A stretch of 64,000 nt of DNA from NCBI GenBank assembly GCA_013911655.1, contig JACESU010000001.1, positions 897,152-961,151 of the forward strand. The letters are read 5' to 3'. A program made the translations under genes and the position numbers. Positions 9,228-19,301 of this stretch are shown here, in pieces. Positions within the stretch are counted from its first letter, which is position 1. Each line of letters begins with the position of its first letter. The notes beneath the pieces were generated by a model. It saw nothing but the letters and a program-made list of their open reading frames with translations, searched no databases and was not told the DNA's origin. The stretch comes from Alphaproteobacteria bacterium (GTDB lineage: Bacteria > Pseudomonadota > Alphaproteobacteria > Caedimonadales > UBA1908).

Positions 9228-9951
9228 GGAAGGCCCCTTCTTGTGTTTCGGTTTTAATAATACGTCCATCATCCATATGAGCGATACGATCAGCGTAGCT
9301 AAAAATTCGTGGGTCGTGGGTCACGATGACAAAGGTTGTCCGGGCGCGCCTGCTCATCTCTTTCATAAGCGTAAGAATCTTTTGACCCGATTCGTGATCC
9401 AAAGCGCTTGTAGGTTCATCGCAAATCACGAGAGAGGGGTCGTGGATTAAGGCGCGCGCAATAGCAACGCGTTGCTGCTGCCCGCCAGACAGACGATTTG
9501 GGAGCATATCCGCTTTGTCTTGAAGGCCCACGTCCCCCAAAATTGTACGTGCCTTTTCCAAAGCCTGGTCCATAGACATACCTTGGATAATTAAGGGAAT
9601 CGCAACGTTTGCCGCCACACTTAAGGACGGGATCAAATTAAATGATTGAAAAATAAACCCGATCTCTTTCGAGCGAAAGGCTAAGATTGCTTTATTGGAA
9701 AGCTCGGCGTAGGTATTTTGATGGACCCGACACGTGCCTTTATCAGGCGTCAAAATTCCTGCAATGATGGAAATAAACGTCGTCTTTCCGCAGCCCGACG
9801 GACCCACAAGCATAAAAAATTCACCTTGATAAATCTGGAGGTCAACACCTCGAAGAGCCGCCGTGACGGTACCCTCACTGTTAAAAGATTTTGCAATCCC
9901 ATGGCATTCGACAATAACAGGCTGTGACATCGGCTTAGTTCCTAAAGACAA
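9217..9951 (-). CDS. ABC transporter ATP-binding protein (DevA/MacB-NBD/LolD-like)
   Basis: Walker A GPSGCGKTT, LSGGQQQRVAIARAL and Walker B LVICDEPTSALD. An alternative start lies at 9930. Confidence 0.9.
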   Translation of the reverse strand: MSLGTKPMSQPVIVECHGIAKSFNSEGTVTAALRGVDLQIYQGEFFMLVGPSGCGKTTFISIIAGILTPDKGTCRVHQNTYAELSNKAILAFRSKEIGFIFQSFNLIPSLSVAANVAIPLIIQGMSMDQALEKARTILGDVGLQDKADMLPNRLSGGQQQRVAIARALIHDPSLVICDEPTSALDHESGQKILTLMKEMSRRARTTFVIVTHDPRIFSYADRIAHMDDGRIIKTETQEGAFHVL

Positions 9952-11089
9952 CGGACGGATCGACTTTTAAGACGCGCCTCAGACCAAGAAAAGCCGCCAA
10001 AAGAACGATGGTTAAAACTCCGATCGCGGAAAACAGCATAAGCCACAAAGGCATGCGAAAGGCGAGCACCGAATCATGAAAGTAAATCCCAAAAAGAGAG
10101 GTCAAACCCACGCCGATCCCGTACCCAATGGTGCCAACAAAGAAAGCCTGCAAAAGGACCATACGTACAAGGACACTCGCGGAAAGGCCCATGGCTTTAA
10201 GAGAGGCGTAGTGTTTGATGTTCTCTTGCACAAAATTATAAAAGGTTTGCCCGACAACGGCCGCCCCCACAATAAACCCCAGCAAAACAGAAATACCAAA
10301 GTTAATGGGGATGCCTGTGTTTTTCATCCAATAATTCAGGTTTACATCTTCAAAGGTCTTGGCGTCCAAGGCGCGAAGGCCCGTTGTTTGCTCGATATCA
10401 CGACAAAGCTGCAAAAGGTCAACGCCTTGCACTGCTTTCACCAACACGTAAGTCAATTGCTTGCGATCAGGAGGGGTATAACTCATAGCGCGTGAATAGG
10501 TCGTATACACCTGGGGTTGAAGCACAAAATTTCGCGTTGTTTTGACATATCCCACCACAAGGGCTCTTTTGTCGTTCAGCTCTAACACGTCCCCAATCAG
10601 AAGCGGCCTCGTTGTACCGTCCTTGAGGTTTACCCGAAGACGTGACTGCGCGGCCTCCTTATCGACAAAAACGGCGTCTTGTCGGCGAAAGTCTGTGATA
10701 TCAGTCCCAATAATTTTATAAGGCGCCCCCACCAAGGTGCCATCATCAAGGCCTGTTAAATCAACGGTTTTCGAGTATCCGTCGGGCATTCTTGCACGGA
10801 CAAGGCTTTTATAGAGAGGCACCGCCCAGGCCACGCCCTTAATGCCTCGAATGCGGCTGAGCTCTGTGTTGCGCAAGGGCTTGTGCTCCTCGACAAACTG
10901 AACGCCTGGATCCATCACCCAAATATCAGGTAAAGAAATGTCTTTTACAAAACTATAGGTACGTGAGACGAGACCGAAAAAAATCGCGGGTTGTTGGGAC
11001 ATGATTAAGGATGCAAAGGCAATCCCGATGACCATGCCAATATATTTCCCCCTGTCTCCCAGGAGCATTCTAAGGGCGATGCCGTACAT
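9935..11089 (-). CDS. ABC exporter permease, FtsX/DevC-like
   Basis: N-terminal TM, a large periplasmic domain and a C-terminal FtsX-type 3-TM bundle (ASLKAMGLS...). Forms an operon with the ATPase and the adaptor. Confidence 0.82.
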   Translation of the reverse strand: MYGIALRMLLGDRGKYIGMVIGIAFASLIMSQQPAIFFGLVSRTYSFVKDISLPDIWVMDPGVQFVEEHKPLRNTELSRIRGIKGVAWAVPLYKSLVRARMPDGYSKTVDLTGLDDGTLVGAPYKIIGTDITDFRRQDAVFVDKEAAQSRLRVNLKDGTTRPLLIGDVLELNDKRALVVGYVKTTRNFVLQPQVYTTYSRAMSYTPPDRKQLTYVLVKAVQGVDLLQLCRDIEQTTGLRALDAKTFEDVNLNYWMKNTGIPINFGISVLLGFIVGAAVVGQTFYNFVQENIKHYASLKAMGLSASVLVRMVLLQAFFVGTIGYGIGVGLTSLFGIYFHDSVLAFRMPLWLMLFSAIGVLTIVLLAAFLGLRRVLKVDPSVVFRN

Positions 11090-11212
11090 TTTGTTTTTAC
11101 GTCACAGAAAGATTTCATACAATACCTTACACAGCGTTCTAAGAAAAGAGACGAGGTGATTGTAGAGTCTATGAAAACTTGCTACTCAAAAAGAAACGAA
11201 AGATAGGATTTC

Positions 11213-11623
11213 ATGATTCTTGGCATTGGCACAGATATGATTGACATCGCGCGGATTGACGCGCTTTTGGGGCGCTTTGGGGTGCGGTTTGAGACGCGCT
11301 GTTTTACGCCGGCCGAATGCCTTGCTGCGCACGCGCGTACCCGCATGGGTGCCTTCTATGCCAAGCGGTACGCCGCCAAAGAAGCGGTCCTCAAGGCCCT
11401 TGGAACCGGGTTTAGAGGGCGCATTTCTTGGCAGGATATGGAGATTCTTTCCGATAACCAAGGGGCCCCCCGTCTTACCCTCAGCGGTGAAGTTCGCCGC
11501 CTCCTTTTGGCAAAGGCCCCGGCGCGCACGGTCCTTTCGTGTCATCTGTCTTTGTCTGATACAGATCACCAGGCGCTTGCCTTTGTGGTCATTGAGTGTC
11601 ACGAGGAGGAGGCAACGTGCTGA
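11213..11623 (+). CDS. acpS: holo-[acyl-carrier-protein] synthase
   Basis: MILGIGTDMIDIARI, FTP.E and AKEAVLKALG, matching the AcpS 4'-phosphopantetheinyl transferase pattern. Confidence 0.9.
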   Translation: MILGIGTDMIDIARIDALLGRFGVRFETRCFTPAECLAAHARTRMGAFYAKRYAAKEAVLKALGTGFRGRISWQDMEILSDNQGAPRLTLSGEVRRLLLAKAPARTVLSCHLSLSDTDHQALAFVVIECHEEEATC

Positions 11624-12111
11624 GTTTAACCCTTACTCTTTCATCTTTGGCTGATACCCAGGCCATTGCAGCCTTTTTTGGTGATCACGTCAAACGCGGC
11701 GATATCTTGACTTTAAGCGGCCCTTTAGGCGCAGGAAAATCCGCCTTTGCCCGAGCCTTCATCCAACACTTGACCTCACCAGACGAAGAAGTCCCAAGCC
11801 CCACTTTCACCTTGGTACAAACCTATGAAACGCCCACTTTTGAGGTTTGGCATTTTGACTTGTACCGCCTAGAGCGCTCTGAAGAGCTTTGGGAGCTTGG
11901 CTTTGAAGAGGCCCCCCAGGTGGGGGTGTGTTTGATCGAGTGGCCAGAACGCATCGAGGCACTGCGTGTCCTGTCAAGGGCGCTTCAGATCACCCTCACA
12001 CCGGGCGACGCAGAAAACGCCCGTATTCTCCGCCTTCAGGGACCCTCTTCTTGGGACATGCTTTTGCGAGAAATCCATACCCGCTATGGAGGAATCCTTG
12101 AGCCTTTATAG
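11617..12111 (+). CDS. tsaE: tRNA t6A37 biosynthesis ATPase TsaE
   Basis: P-loop GPLGAGKSAFARAFI, SPTFTLVQ.Y and HFDLYRL. GTG 11617 follows GAGGAGGAGG; the ORF-track start is 11596. Confidence 0.85.
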   Translation: MLSLTLTLSSLADTQAIAAFFGDHVKRGDILTLSGPLGAGKSAFARAFIQHLTSPDEEVPSPTFTLVQTYETPTFEVWHFDLYRLERSEELWELGFEEAPQVGVCLIEWPERIEALRVLSRALQITLTPGDAENARILRLQGPSSWDMLLREIHTRYGGILEPL

Positions 12112-14914
12112 GATCCCAAGTTTTCATGATCCCCTGCGCGAGGTAGCCCTTTATTTGCTTGCTGCTTACAAAGCAAATCCTTTGGCGTTGGCACAGGTGC
12201 ACTGCTTTGTCCCAACAAGACGTGCTGCGCGCCGCCTGATGCGTCTTTTTCTAGAACATGCCCCCACCCCCAGCATAATCCTACCAAAAATTCTTTGCCT
12301 TTCTGACGTGCAAAGTACGGACTTTGGCCTTGCCACACAAAAGGTCTACAGCGATGAAGAAGCCCTTTTTCAGTTTGTGTCTTTCCTCACCGCAGAAAAT
12401 CTGATTCCTGACACGGTTTCTGCCCTTGCTTGGGGGAAAAGTTTACTTGATTTGATCCACGAGTGCCTCTTGTGGCAGGTCAGTCCCGAAGACGCTCTCT
12501 GTCGTCTTTTACAAGACGAACATGCCAGGCACCGCCAAGAAGCGCTCGAGCGTCTTGATCACTTTTTGGCAAGCTGGCTGACGGCGCCACGCCCCCTTTT
12601 GAAAAAAGAAGATCACGCCCTCACCCTGCAATCCTTGGCGCAAAGGTGGCAAGAAACCCCGCCCACGTTCCCCATAATCTGTGTCGGGGTGACAGCGACC
12701 TGCCCCCTTTACCGTGACTTTTTAAAAGTGTGCACGCGCCTGCCCCAAGCCGACGTGCTTTTGACAGATCTTGAGAACCACCTTTATGAGGGGACCTTGG
12801 GGCCAGCGCATCCCGCATGGGCACACAGCGAGCTCTTACGCGTTCTTGAGGCCAAGGTGTCCGACGTACCCCTGTGGCCCCACATAACGCATAACTTTTC
12901 ATCTCCCCGTCAAAAAGATCGCCACCGCTTTGTGACAACTATTTTTGAGGACACCTTTACCTGCCAGGAGCGCGCGCCGGCGCCCCCCACGGGTTGGTCT
13001 TTTCTGCCCTGCGAGCATCGCCATGATGAAGCTTGGGCCATTAGTCTTTTGATTCGTGAACGCCTAGAGGATCCAGCTGTGCGCCTTCTTCTTGTAACCC
13101 CCGACGAAGCGCTTTCGTCTTTGGTTGCGGAAATTCTCAAACAGTGGCAGATCGTACCAGACGAGGGCGCGGGCCTTCCCGCCCTTGAAACGCCGGCCTT
13201 TACCTTTTGTCGGCGCCTGATTGAGGCCGTTAGTCAAGACTTTGCCCCCCTTGCCTTGATTTCACTTCTTAAGCATCCGCTTTTTCTTTGTGGTCATACG
13301 CCAGCAAGCGCAAGACGCCTTGCGCGCTTGATTGAGACAACGGCCCTTCGCACCCCCTTTTACGCCGCAAACCTTGAGACGTTGATCGCCAAGATGCAGG
13401 GGCACGCGGACGCCGCCCATTTTTTAAACACGCTACAAGAAACAGTCGCCCCCCTTCAAAAAGCCCTTAAGGAAACACGTGCAGATCTAAGCGCTCTTTT
13501 TGCCTGTCATCTGCACACCGCCGAAAGCCTTGCGGGAGGCAATGCTCTTTTATGGCAAGGAGAATACAAGGACGAGCTTGACGAGATTCGCGGGACCCTT
13601 GAGACCGCCATGTCGTTTTTTCCTCCATTTGCCGGAAAAGAATACCCAGCCCTGGTCAAAAGCCTTCTTGCCAGCCGCAGCGTTCGGCGCCAACACGGCG
13701 TTCATCCCCGTGTGAGCATTCTCTCGCCCGAAAAAGCAACCCACATAACAGCTGATGTCGTGATTTTAGGGGGCCTCAATGATGACCAGTGGCCCGCAAA
13801 GCCCGTCCCTGATCCGTGGCTTAGTCCTTTGATGCGTGCACGCCTGGGGCTTTCATCCCCTGCCCACCAGGTGGGGGCCCTTCACCGATTTTTTTGGGAG
13901 CTTGCTTCTCAAAAAAACGTCATCATGACACGGTCCTTACGGGTGGACGGATCCATTCAAACGCCGGCCCGGTGTTTGCGGCGCCTGACTACAGCCCTCA
14001 AGGCCGAGGGCCATACGCTCCCCCTTCTGGCCTTACCTTGGAAAGCGTGGCAGCAAGCCCTGATTGCAAGGCAAGAAGTGCCAGCGTTCTTAAAACCGTC
14101 ACCTACTCCGCCACTGGCTGCCCGCCCACAAAAGCTTTCTGTGTCGGCTTTTTCTTTGCTCCAAAAAGATCCTTACCTTTTTTACGCGGAAAAAATTCTT
14201 CGCCTTTCGCCCCTCATAGACCTCGCACCTGCCCCTGACGCGCGCCTTTTTGGCGTTTTGATCCATGACCTCCTCGAGCGCTTTATGACCCAAAGTGACC
14301 GGTCCCTTGGAAGGCTTCTAGGCATTGCAAAAGAGGTCTTTGCGCCGCTCGCATCTTTTTCGTGGGTGTACCTCTTTTGGTGGCAACGCCTAGAGGTGCT
14401 GGCCTCCTGGATTGTAGAAACAGCACAAAAATACGCGCCTGGCGCAGCTCTTTATCTTGAAAAAACAGGAAGTGCCTTTTTTGCCTGTCATAACGAGCGA
14501 GGATTTTATCTAACCGCCAAGGCAGATCAACTGGTCCATGATCCTAAAACAGGAACGGTGACCCTTACCGATTATAAAACAGGAACCCTACCCACCAAAA
14601 AAGAGATCAAAGAAGGCGCCGCGCTCCAATTACCGTTGGAAAGTTTAATTTTGAAGAAAGGCGGATTTGACGTTCTCGCCCACGACATCCCCTGCACTCT
14701 TATGTACTGGCACCTCAAAGCGCCTCCTTCTCAGATGATTCTTGAAAATACACAGGAATTGCAAGAAGTGGCCGAGGAGGTGCTCATAAGACTTTGGACG
14801 TATTATTACGAAAATCAAGGCCCGTACGAACCGCTTTTGACCTTTAGCCCAAACGCGCCCTCTGAGCAAACCCATTTTTCAAGGATTCAGGAATGGCAGC
14901 ATCGCCCCCATTAG
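12086..14914 (+). CDS. addB: double-strand break repair protein AddB (alphaproteobacterial type)
   Basis: ATG 12086 (MEESLSLYRIP). About 940 aa with a C-terminal PD-(D/E)XK nuclease motif, TLTDYKTGTLP. Overlaps and precedes addA. Confidence 0.85.
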   Translation: MEESLSLYRIPSFHDPLREVALYLLAAYKANPLALAQVHCFVPTRRAARRLMRLFLEHAPTPSIILPKILCLSDVQSTDFGLATQKVYSDEEALFQFVSFLTAENLIPDTVSALAWGKSLLDLIHECLLWQVSPEDALCRLLQDEHARHRQEALERLDHFLASWLTAPRPLLKKEDHALTLQSLAQRWQETPPTFPIICVGVTATCPLYRDFLKVCTRLPQADVLLTDLENHLYEGTLGPAHPAWAHSELLRVLEAKVSDVPLWPHITHNFSSPRQKDRHRFVTTIFEDTFTCQERAPAPPTGWSFLPCEHRHDEAWAISLLIRERLEDPAVRLLLVTPDEALSSLVAEILKQWQIVPDEGAGLPALETPAFTFCRRLIEAVSQDFAPLALISLLKHPLFLCGHTPASARRLARLIETTALRTPFYAANLETLIAKMQGHADAAHFLNTLQETVAPLQKALKETRADLSALFACHLHTAESLAGGNALLWQGEYKDELDEIRGTLETAMSFFPPFAGKEYPALVKSLLASRSVRRQHGVHPRVSILSPEKATHITADVVILGGLNDDQWPAKPVPDPWLSPLMRARLGLSSPAHQVGALHRFFWELASQKNVIMTRSLRVDGSIQTPARCLRRLTTALKAEGHTLPLLALPWKAWQQALIARQEVPAFLKPSPTPPLAARPQKLSVSAFSLLQKDPYLFYAEKILRLSPLIDLAPAPDARLFGVLIHDLLERFMTQSDRSLGRLLGIAKEVFAPLASFSWVYLFWWQRLEVLASWIVETAQKYAPGAALYLEKTGSAFFACHNERGFYLTAKADQLVHDPKTGTVTLTDYKTGTLPTKKEIKEGAALQLPLESLILKKGGFDVLAHDIPCTLMYWHLKAPPSQMILENTQELQEVAEEVLIRLWTYYYENQGPYEPLLTFSPNAPSEQTHFSRIQEWQHRPH

Positions 14915-17900
14915 TAAAGCGCCTTGACGAGGGGGACGTAAGATCTCCTGGCACCGATCCTCATAAAAGCGCGTGGGTGGCGGCCTCTGCCGGCACCGGT
15001 AAAACAAAGATTCTGACGGACCGAGTGCTCGCACTTCTGCTTTCGGGCGTTCCCCTTGAAAAAATCTTGTGCCTGACGTTCACAAAAGCCGGGGCAACGG
15101 AGATGCTGGACCGCGTCATGACGCGCCTTGCTCACTGGGCCATTATGGACAACCAAGCGCTTGCCACGGAACTTCGCCCTCTTGGGGGCGCAACCCCCCT
15201 TCACATGACCCGTGCACGGACCCTTTTTTCAGAACTCCTCGATCACCCCACAGGTTTGACACTTCAAACCCTGCATAGCTTTTGCCAATCCCTCTTGCAG
15301 CGCTTTCCCCTAGAGGCAGGCCTTTCGTGCGCTTTTAGTATCGCCGATGAAGGAACCGCCCTTGATCTTTTGACCCAAGCCCAAGAAGAGACTCTGAGTA
15401 CTTCTTGTCCCGAGATCCATAAGGCTCTGATTCGTCTTGCCACAGCCTTTGCTCAAGAACGCTTTCAAGAGCTGTTTGAAAGCCTTTTTCAAAGCAGACA
15501 ACAAGAGTACATGCGCTTAACTGACGAGCCTTTGAAGGTGCTCACTCACACCTTTGGGGTCGATCCACGCCGCACGTCCCAAGACATTTTTGAAGAATCC
15601 CTCTCTCACGCTCGTCTTCAAGAAACCCTTGTACCTTTTTTGTGTTTTTTAGAAACAGGCGGTAAAGAAGATCAGGACCGCGCGCGCCTCCTTGCAACCT
15701 ATCTTGAAAAAGGAGCTCCACAGGTTTCTGATTTTCTTGACACCACCAAAGCCTTTTTGACCCAAGACGGGGAGGTGCGGGCGCGCCTTCTGTCCAAAGC
15801 GCTTGCGACCTCGCGCCCAGAGTGTTTAGAGGCGCTCGAGCGCGCAGCGCATGACTTTAAGAAAACCCTTGAGGCCCTTCACAGCTTGCAAGTCGCCCAG
15901 CACTCCCTTTCCTTCTTTCAGATTTATCAAGAGGTCACCCAGCGCTATCAAGCGCTTAAGGCCGATAAGAATCTTTTGGATTATGATGATCTGATCGAAA
16001 AGGCCTGCCTTCTTCTTCACGATCCAGCGGTGTGTGATTGGGTGCGGTATAAAATGGACGGTGGTATTGATCACATTTTGGTTGACGAAGCCCAGGACAC
16101 TAACGACCGTCAGTGGGCCCTGATCAGTGCCCTCAGCGAAGAATTTTTCAGCGGTGACAGTGGCAAAACTCGCCCGTCAACCCTTTTTGCCGTGGGGGAT
16201 GTGAAGCAGTCCATCTACCGCTTTCAAGGGGCGATGCCAGCCCTCTTTGAAGAAATGCGCAGCCATTTTACCGTGCGCGCCCGCCGCGCCTCCCACGACT
16301 GGGAGGATGTCAGCCTTAACAAATCTTACCGCTCGAGCAGCGCCGTTTTGGCCCTTGTGGACCACGTCATTGATCAAACGCGGGCCTTTACGGGTGTACG
16401 ATCACTCGAGTCACGCCCCCTACCACACCTATGTGCAAAACCCATTCCAGGAGGACAAGTGTGTCTGTGGCCCTTAGCGCTGCGCCCGGACGCCGACGAT
16501 ACCCACATCCCTGAAAAAGAGCTTGCTAAAGAAATTGCCGCGAGCGTTCGTCACTGGCTTGAAGACAAACGCGTCCTTGAAAGCACAGGTGCCCCCCTCG
16601 AGCCCCAAGACATCATGATCCTTATCCAACGTCGTCACGCTTTTGTGGGCCACCTGACCCGCGCCCTTCGGGATGAAGGTATCCCTGTGGCCGGCGAGGA
16701 CCGTCTTATCCTGGAAACACAGTTGGCGGTCCAGGACCTTATGGCCCTTGGGCGCTTTCTTCTTTTGCCCCAAGATGATTGGAGCCTTGCGTGCTGTTTG
16801 AAGTCTCCCCTTGGCGGCCTCACAGACCAAGATCTTGAAACCCTTTGTGTGGGGCGAGAAGGTTCCCTCTGGCAAGCACTCTGTGCGCGAATGGACGAGG
16901 TACCTTTTCAAGCGCCCCACACCTTGCTGTCGGACATGCTGCGTAAGGTCGATCAAATTTCGGTCTTTTCCCTTTATAGCGAGATTCTTTATGCAAGGGG
17001 ATACTTCAAGGCCTTTGCGGCGCGCTTTGGGGCCGACGTACAAGAACTCCTTTACGAGTTTTTGATGCTGGCCAAACAAGACGGTCAAAAACATGGATCA
17101 TGCCTTGAAAGTTTTCTTCACAGGCTGAGCAAAACTAAGAATATTCTTAAAAAGGATTTTGCGAACAATACCTTGAATCAGGTGCGTATTCTCACAGTGC
17201 ACGGCGCCAAAGGCCTTCAAGCGCCCCTTGTGATTTTAGCAGACACCACCAAAGCACCGACCTTAAAAGAAAGCTTCATGTGGCACGACGGCATGTGTGT
17301 GTGGCTCCCCCCCCGTGAAAAAGAGCCACCCCTCATGCGTGAGCTTAAGAAAAAGCCCTTGGCCCATCTAGAAGAGGACGCTAATCGTCTTTTGTATGTG
17401 GCCCTGACCCGCGCTCAGGACGAGATTCATGTGTGGGGATGGGAAAACAGCCAAGGGGTCAAAGAAAAAAGCTGGTACCGCCTTGTAGAGGAATCTCTGA
17501 TGGCCTTAGGAAGCCCTCAGGAGGACGGCAGGCTTTTGCTGTCTCACCGCCTAGCATCTGTTGGAGCGCTGCCGGCGCCTTTGAGGACGCAAAACGCGCG
17601 CGACGATCTTGACCAGAAAGAAACCGCGCCTTCATGGCTTTTTGAGTCTCTAACCCGAGAGAATGACCGCCTGAGCTCTCAAACCCAAGCCGTGACAGAG
17701 CCAAAGGAGGGCAAGACCCACGCACCCGACAGTGCTCGCCTTCGCGGCACGGTCTTACACCATCTTTTAGAGTGGCTTCCGCGCCTTGCCCCCGACGCGC
17801 GCACCGCCGCCCTTGAAGAACACCTTAATACCTTTGAGGACGCGCTTTTGTCTTCTGCCCAAAAAACGCAAATCCGCGCCAGCATCGACGCGCTCCTCAC

Positions 17901-18219
17901 CCACCCAGACCTGCAAAGATTTTTTGGCGCAGACGCCCTTCAAGAAGTCCCGTTGTCGGGTATCCTTGACGGGACCCCTATCACGGGGCGCATTGACCTT
18001 CTTCTTCAAGACAGGGATGATCTTTTGATCGTTGACTTCAAAAGCACGCCCGTCCCGCCTGCATCGGTTCCAGACGCCTACGCGCTGCAGCTTCATCTAT
18101 ATCAAAGACTTTTGCAGCCTCTTTATCCCGACCACCGGATCACCACATGGATTTTATGGACCAGTACCGGCACCCTTGTTCAGGTCCACGGGCCCGCCTC
18201 CCAAGAAGTCGCTGCTTAG
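14893..18219 (+). CDS. addA: double-strand break repair helicase-nuclease AddA
   Basis: UvrD-type motifs ASAGTGKTKILT, HILVDEAQDTN, GDVKQSIYRFQGA and TVHGAKGLQAP. C-terminal nuclease motif LLIVDFKS. Confidence 0.92.
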   Translation: MAASPPLVKRLDEGDVRSPGTDPHKSAWVAASAGTGKTKILTDRVLALLLSGVPLEKILCLTFTKAGATEMLDRVMTRLAHWAIMDNQALATELRPLGGATPLHMTRARTLFSELLDHPTGLTLQTLHSFCQSLLQRFPLEAGLSCAFSIADEGTALDLLTQAQEETLSTSCPEIHKALIRLATAFAQERFQELFESLFQSRQQEYMRLTDEPLKVLTHTFGVDPRRTSQDIFEESLSHARLQETLVPFLCFLETGGKEDQDRARLLATYLEKGAPQVSDFLDTTKAFLTQDGEVRARLLSKALATSRPECLEALERAAHDFKKTLEALHSLQVAQHSLSFFQIYQEVTQRYQALKADKNLLDYDDLIEKACLLLHDPAVCDWVRYKMDGGIDHILVDEAQDTNDRQWALISALSEEFFSGDSGKTRPSTLFAVGDVKQSIYRFQGAMPALFEEMRSHFTVRARRASHDWEDVSLNKSYRSSSAVLALVDHVIDQTRAFTGVRSLESRPLPHLCAKPIPGGQVCLWPLALRPDADDTHIPEKELAKEIAASVRHWLEDKRVLESTGAPLEPQDIMILIQRRHAFVGHLTRALRDEGIPVAGEDRLILETQLAVQDLMALGRFLLLPQDDWSLACCLKSPLGGLTDQDLETLCVGREGSLWQALCARMDEVPFQAPHTLLSDMLRKVDQISVFSLYSEILYARGYFKAFAARFGADVQELLYEFLMLAKQDGQKHGSCLESFLHRLSKTKNILKKDFANNTLNQVRILTVHGAKGLQAPLVILADTTKAPTLKESFMWHDGMCVWLPPREKEPPLMRELKKKPLAHLEEDANRLLYVALTRAQDEIHVWGWENSQGVKEKSWYRLVEESLMALGSPQEDGRLLLSHRLASVGALPAPLRTQNARDDLDQKETAPSWLFESLTRENDRLSSQTQAVTEPKEGKTHAPDSARLRGTVLHHLLEWLPRLAPDARTAALEEHLNTFEDALLSSAQKTQIRASIDALLTHPDLQRFFGADALQEVPLSGILDGTPITGRIDLLLQDRDDLLIVDFKSTPVPPASVPDAYALQLHLYQRLLQPLYPDHRITTWILWTSTGTLVQVHGPASQEVAA

Positions 18220-18332
18220 CGCTTTCTAACCCCCTACACCTCACATTATAATTTTACTGTCATCGAATACTATCTATTTGACAATATGTCTTTTTACTAT
18301 AAAATACCCGCAGTGAAAAATGGATTTTGACA

Positions 18333-19226
18333 ATGAATTACAGAATACTCTTCCCTTTGATAGCCCTTACGAGCCTTAGTGACATTCCTTTAACGTATGC
18401 CTCCGCCCCTGACCTGGAAAGCGAAGAAGAGAACGTCAACAAGCGCGCACCCCTTGACCAAACGGCGCTTAATCTCATGGCGGATGCCTCCATACAGGAC
18501 TCATACCAAAAAATTCATGCACATTGGCAGTACGCGACGACACCAGAAAGCTTTGCAACAAACTCACCCTATTGGACGGTTCAACGGGTTACACTTGACG
18601 ATGGAAAAGAAACAGCGGTCCCTATCTGGCAGTCTGAGACGGCGCCCTTGATGAAAACAGCTCTCGAAGATATTTTACAAAGTTCTTCTCATCTTGACTG
18701 CCTCAGTGCGTCCCGTATGGCAAAAAGCAAATTAATCGTGCATACCTTAGGTTCTCATAAAACACACCATCTTGTAGAGATTACTAAAGACACTGGCAAA
18801 AAACCTAATTCCTATGACTTTCTTTCTGTTTTCTCTTGGTCCTTCCAAACAGAATGCAGCGAAGATTTTCAAGGGGTTTATTTCATGAGTTTTGTGAATA
18901 TTCCTTGGTATGAAAAGTATAAGCCTACAGGAAACGCAGGCAATCATAATGTCGTGCGCCTTTCTGACCGCACTTTTATGGGCTTTGACCCTGCCTTTTT
19001 TTCGCACCCTCGCACTTATGATGAGCTTGAATATCATATGTATGAAGAGTTCATTTCTGCCGATCATCTTGTAGACGAAGAAAAAGACGAATACCAAGCA
19101 TTCTGTCACGTTCTTGCCGATGACGGAGGGTTCGATTCCTTTAAAAGACTACGTCGTGAACATCAAAAGAAATTCCAACCTTATCGTTTTGATCTTGCAA
19201 AAATTAACTATTTTTTCACGTTATAA
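18333..19226 (+). CDS. hypothetical secreted protein with a possible transglutaminase-like Cys/His/Asp core
   Basis: Signal-peptide-like MNYRILFPLIALTSLSDIPLTYASA. HLDCLSASRMA (C123), GNHNVVRLSDRTFMGFDP (H205, D219). AT-rich orphan between addA and lon. Confidence 0.6.
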   Translation: MNYRILFPLIALTSLSDIPLTYASAPDLESEEENVNKRAPLDQTALNLMADASIQDSYQKIHAHWQYATTPESFATNSPYWTVQRVTLDDGKETAVPIWQSETAPLMKTALEDILQSSSHLDCLSASRMAKSKLIVHTLGSHKTHHLVEITKDTGKKPNSYDFLSVFSWSFQTECSEDFQGVYFMSFVNIPWYEKYKPTGNAGNHNVVRLSDRTFMGFDPAFFSHPRTYDELEYHMYEEFISADHLVDEEKDEYQAFCHVLADDGGFDSFKRLRREHQKKFQPYRFDLAKINYFFTL

Positions 19227-19262
19227 GAAAAATAAGATAACTAAGATAACTCTTTACATAAT

Positions 19263-19291
19263 AAAAGTGCCGGGATCCTGGCACTTTTGTT
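19263..19291. terminator. bidirectional hairpin terminator between convergent genes
   Basis: AAAA-GTGCCGGGATCCTGGCAC-TTTT lies between the stop of 18333..19226 and the stop of lon. Confidence 0.65.
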
Positions 19292-19301
19292 ATGTGTCCT
19301 T

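Noticed and set aside
11186-11654. Alternative-frame ORFs 11186..11602 (-) and 11241..11654 (+) overlapping acpS.
   Set aside because: The acpS frame carries the conserved AcpS motifs. The alternatives are Arg/Pro-rich out-of-frame readings.
16474-17094. A 206-aa minus-strand ORF inside addA. The same applies to 1513..2109 inside dnaB, 44082..44522 inside the ADH gene, 5105..5605 inside radA and 27515..27979 inside metN.
   Set aside because: These are antisense shadow ORFs of genes with strong motif support. They have no independent RBS or motif evidence.
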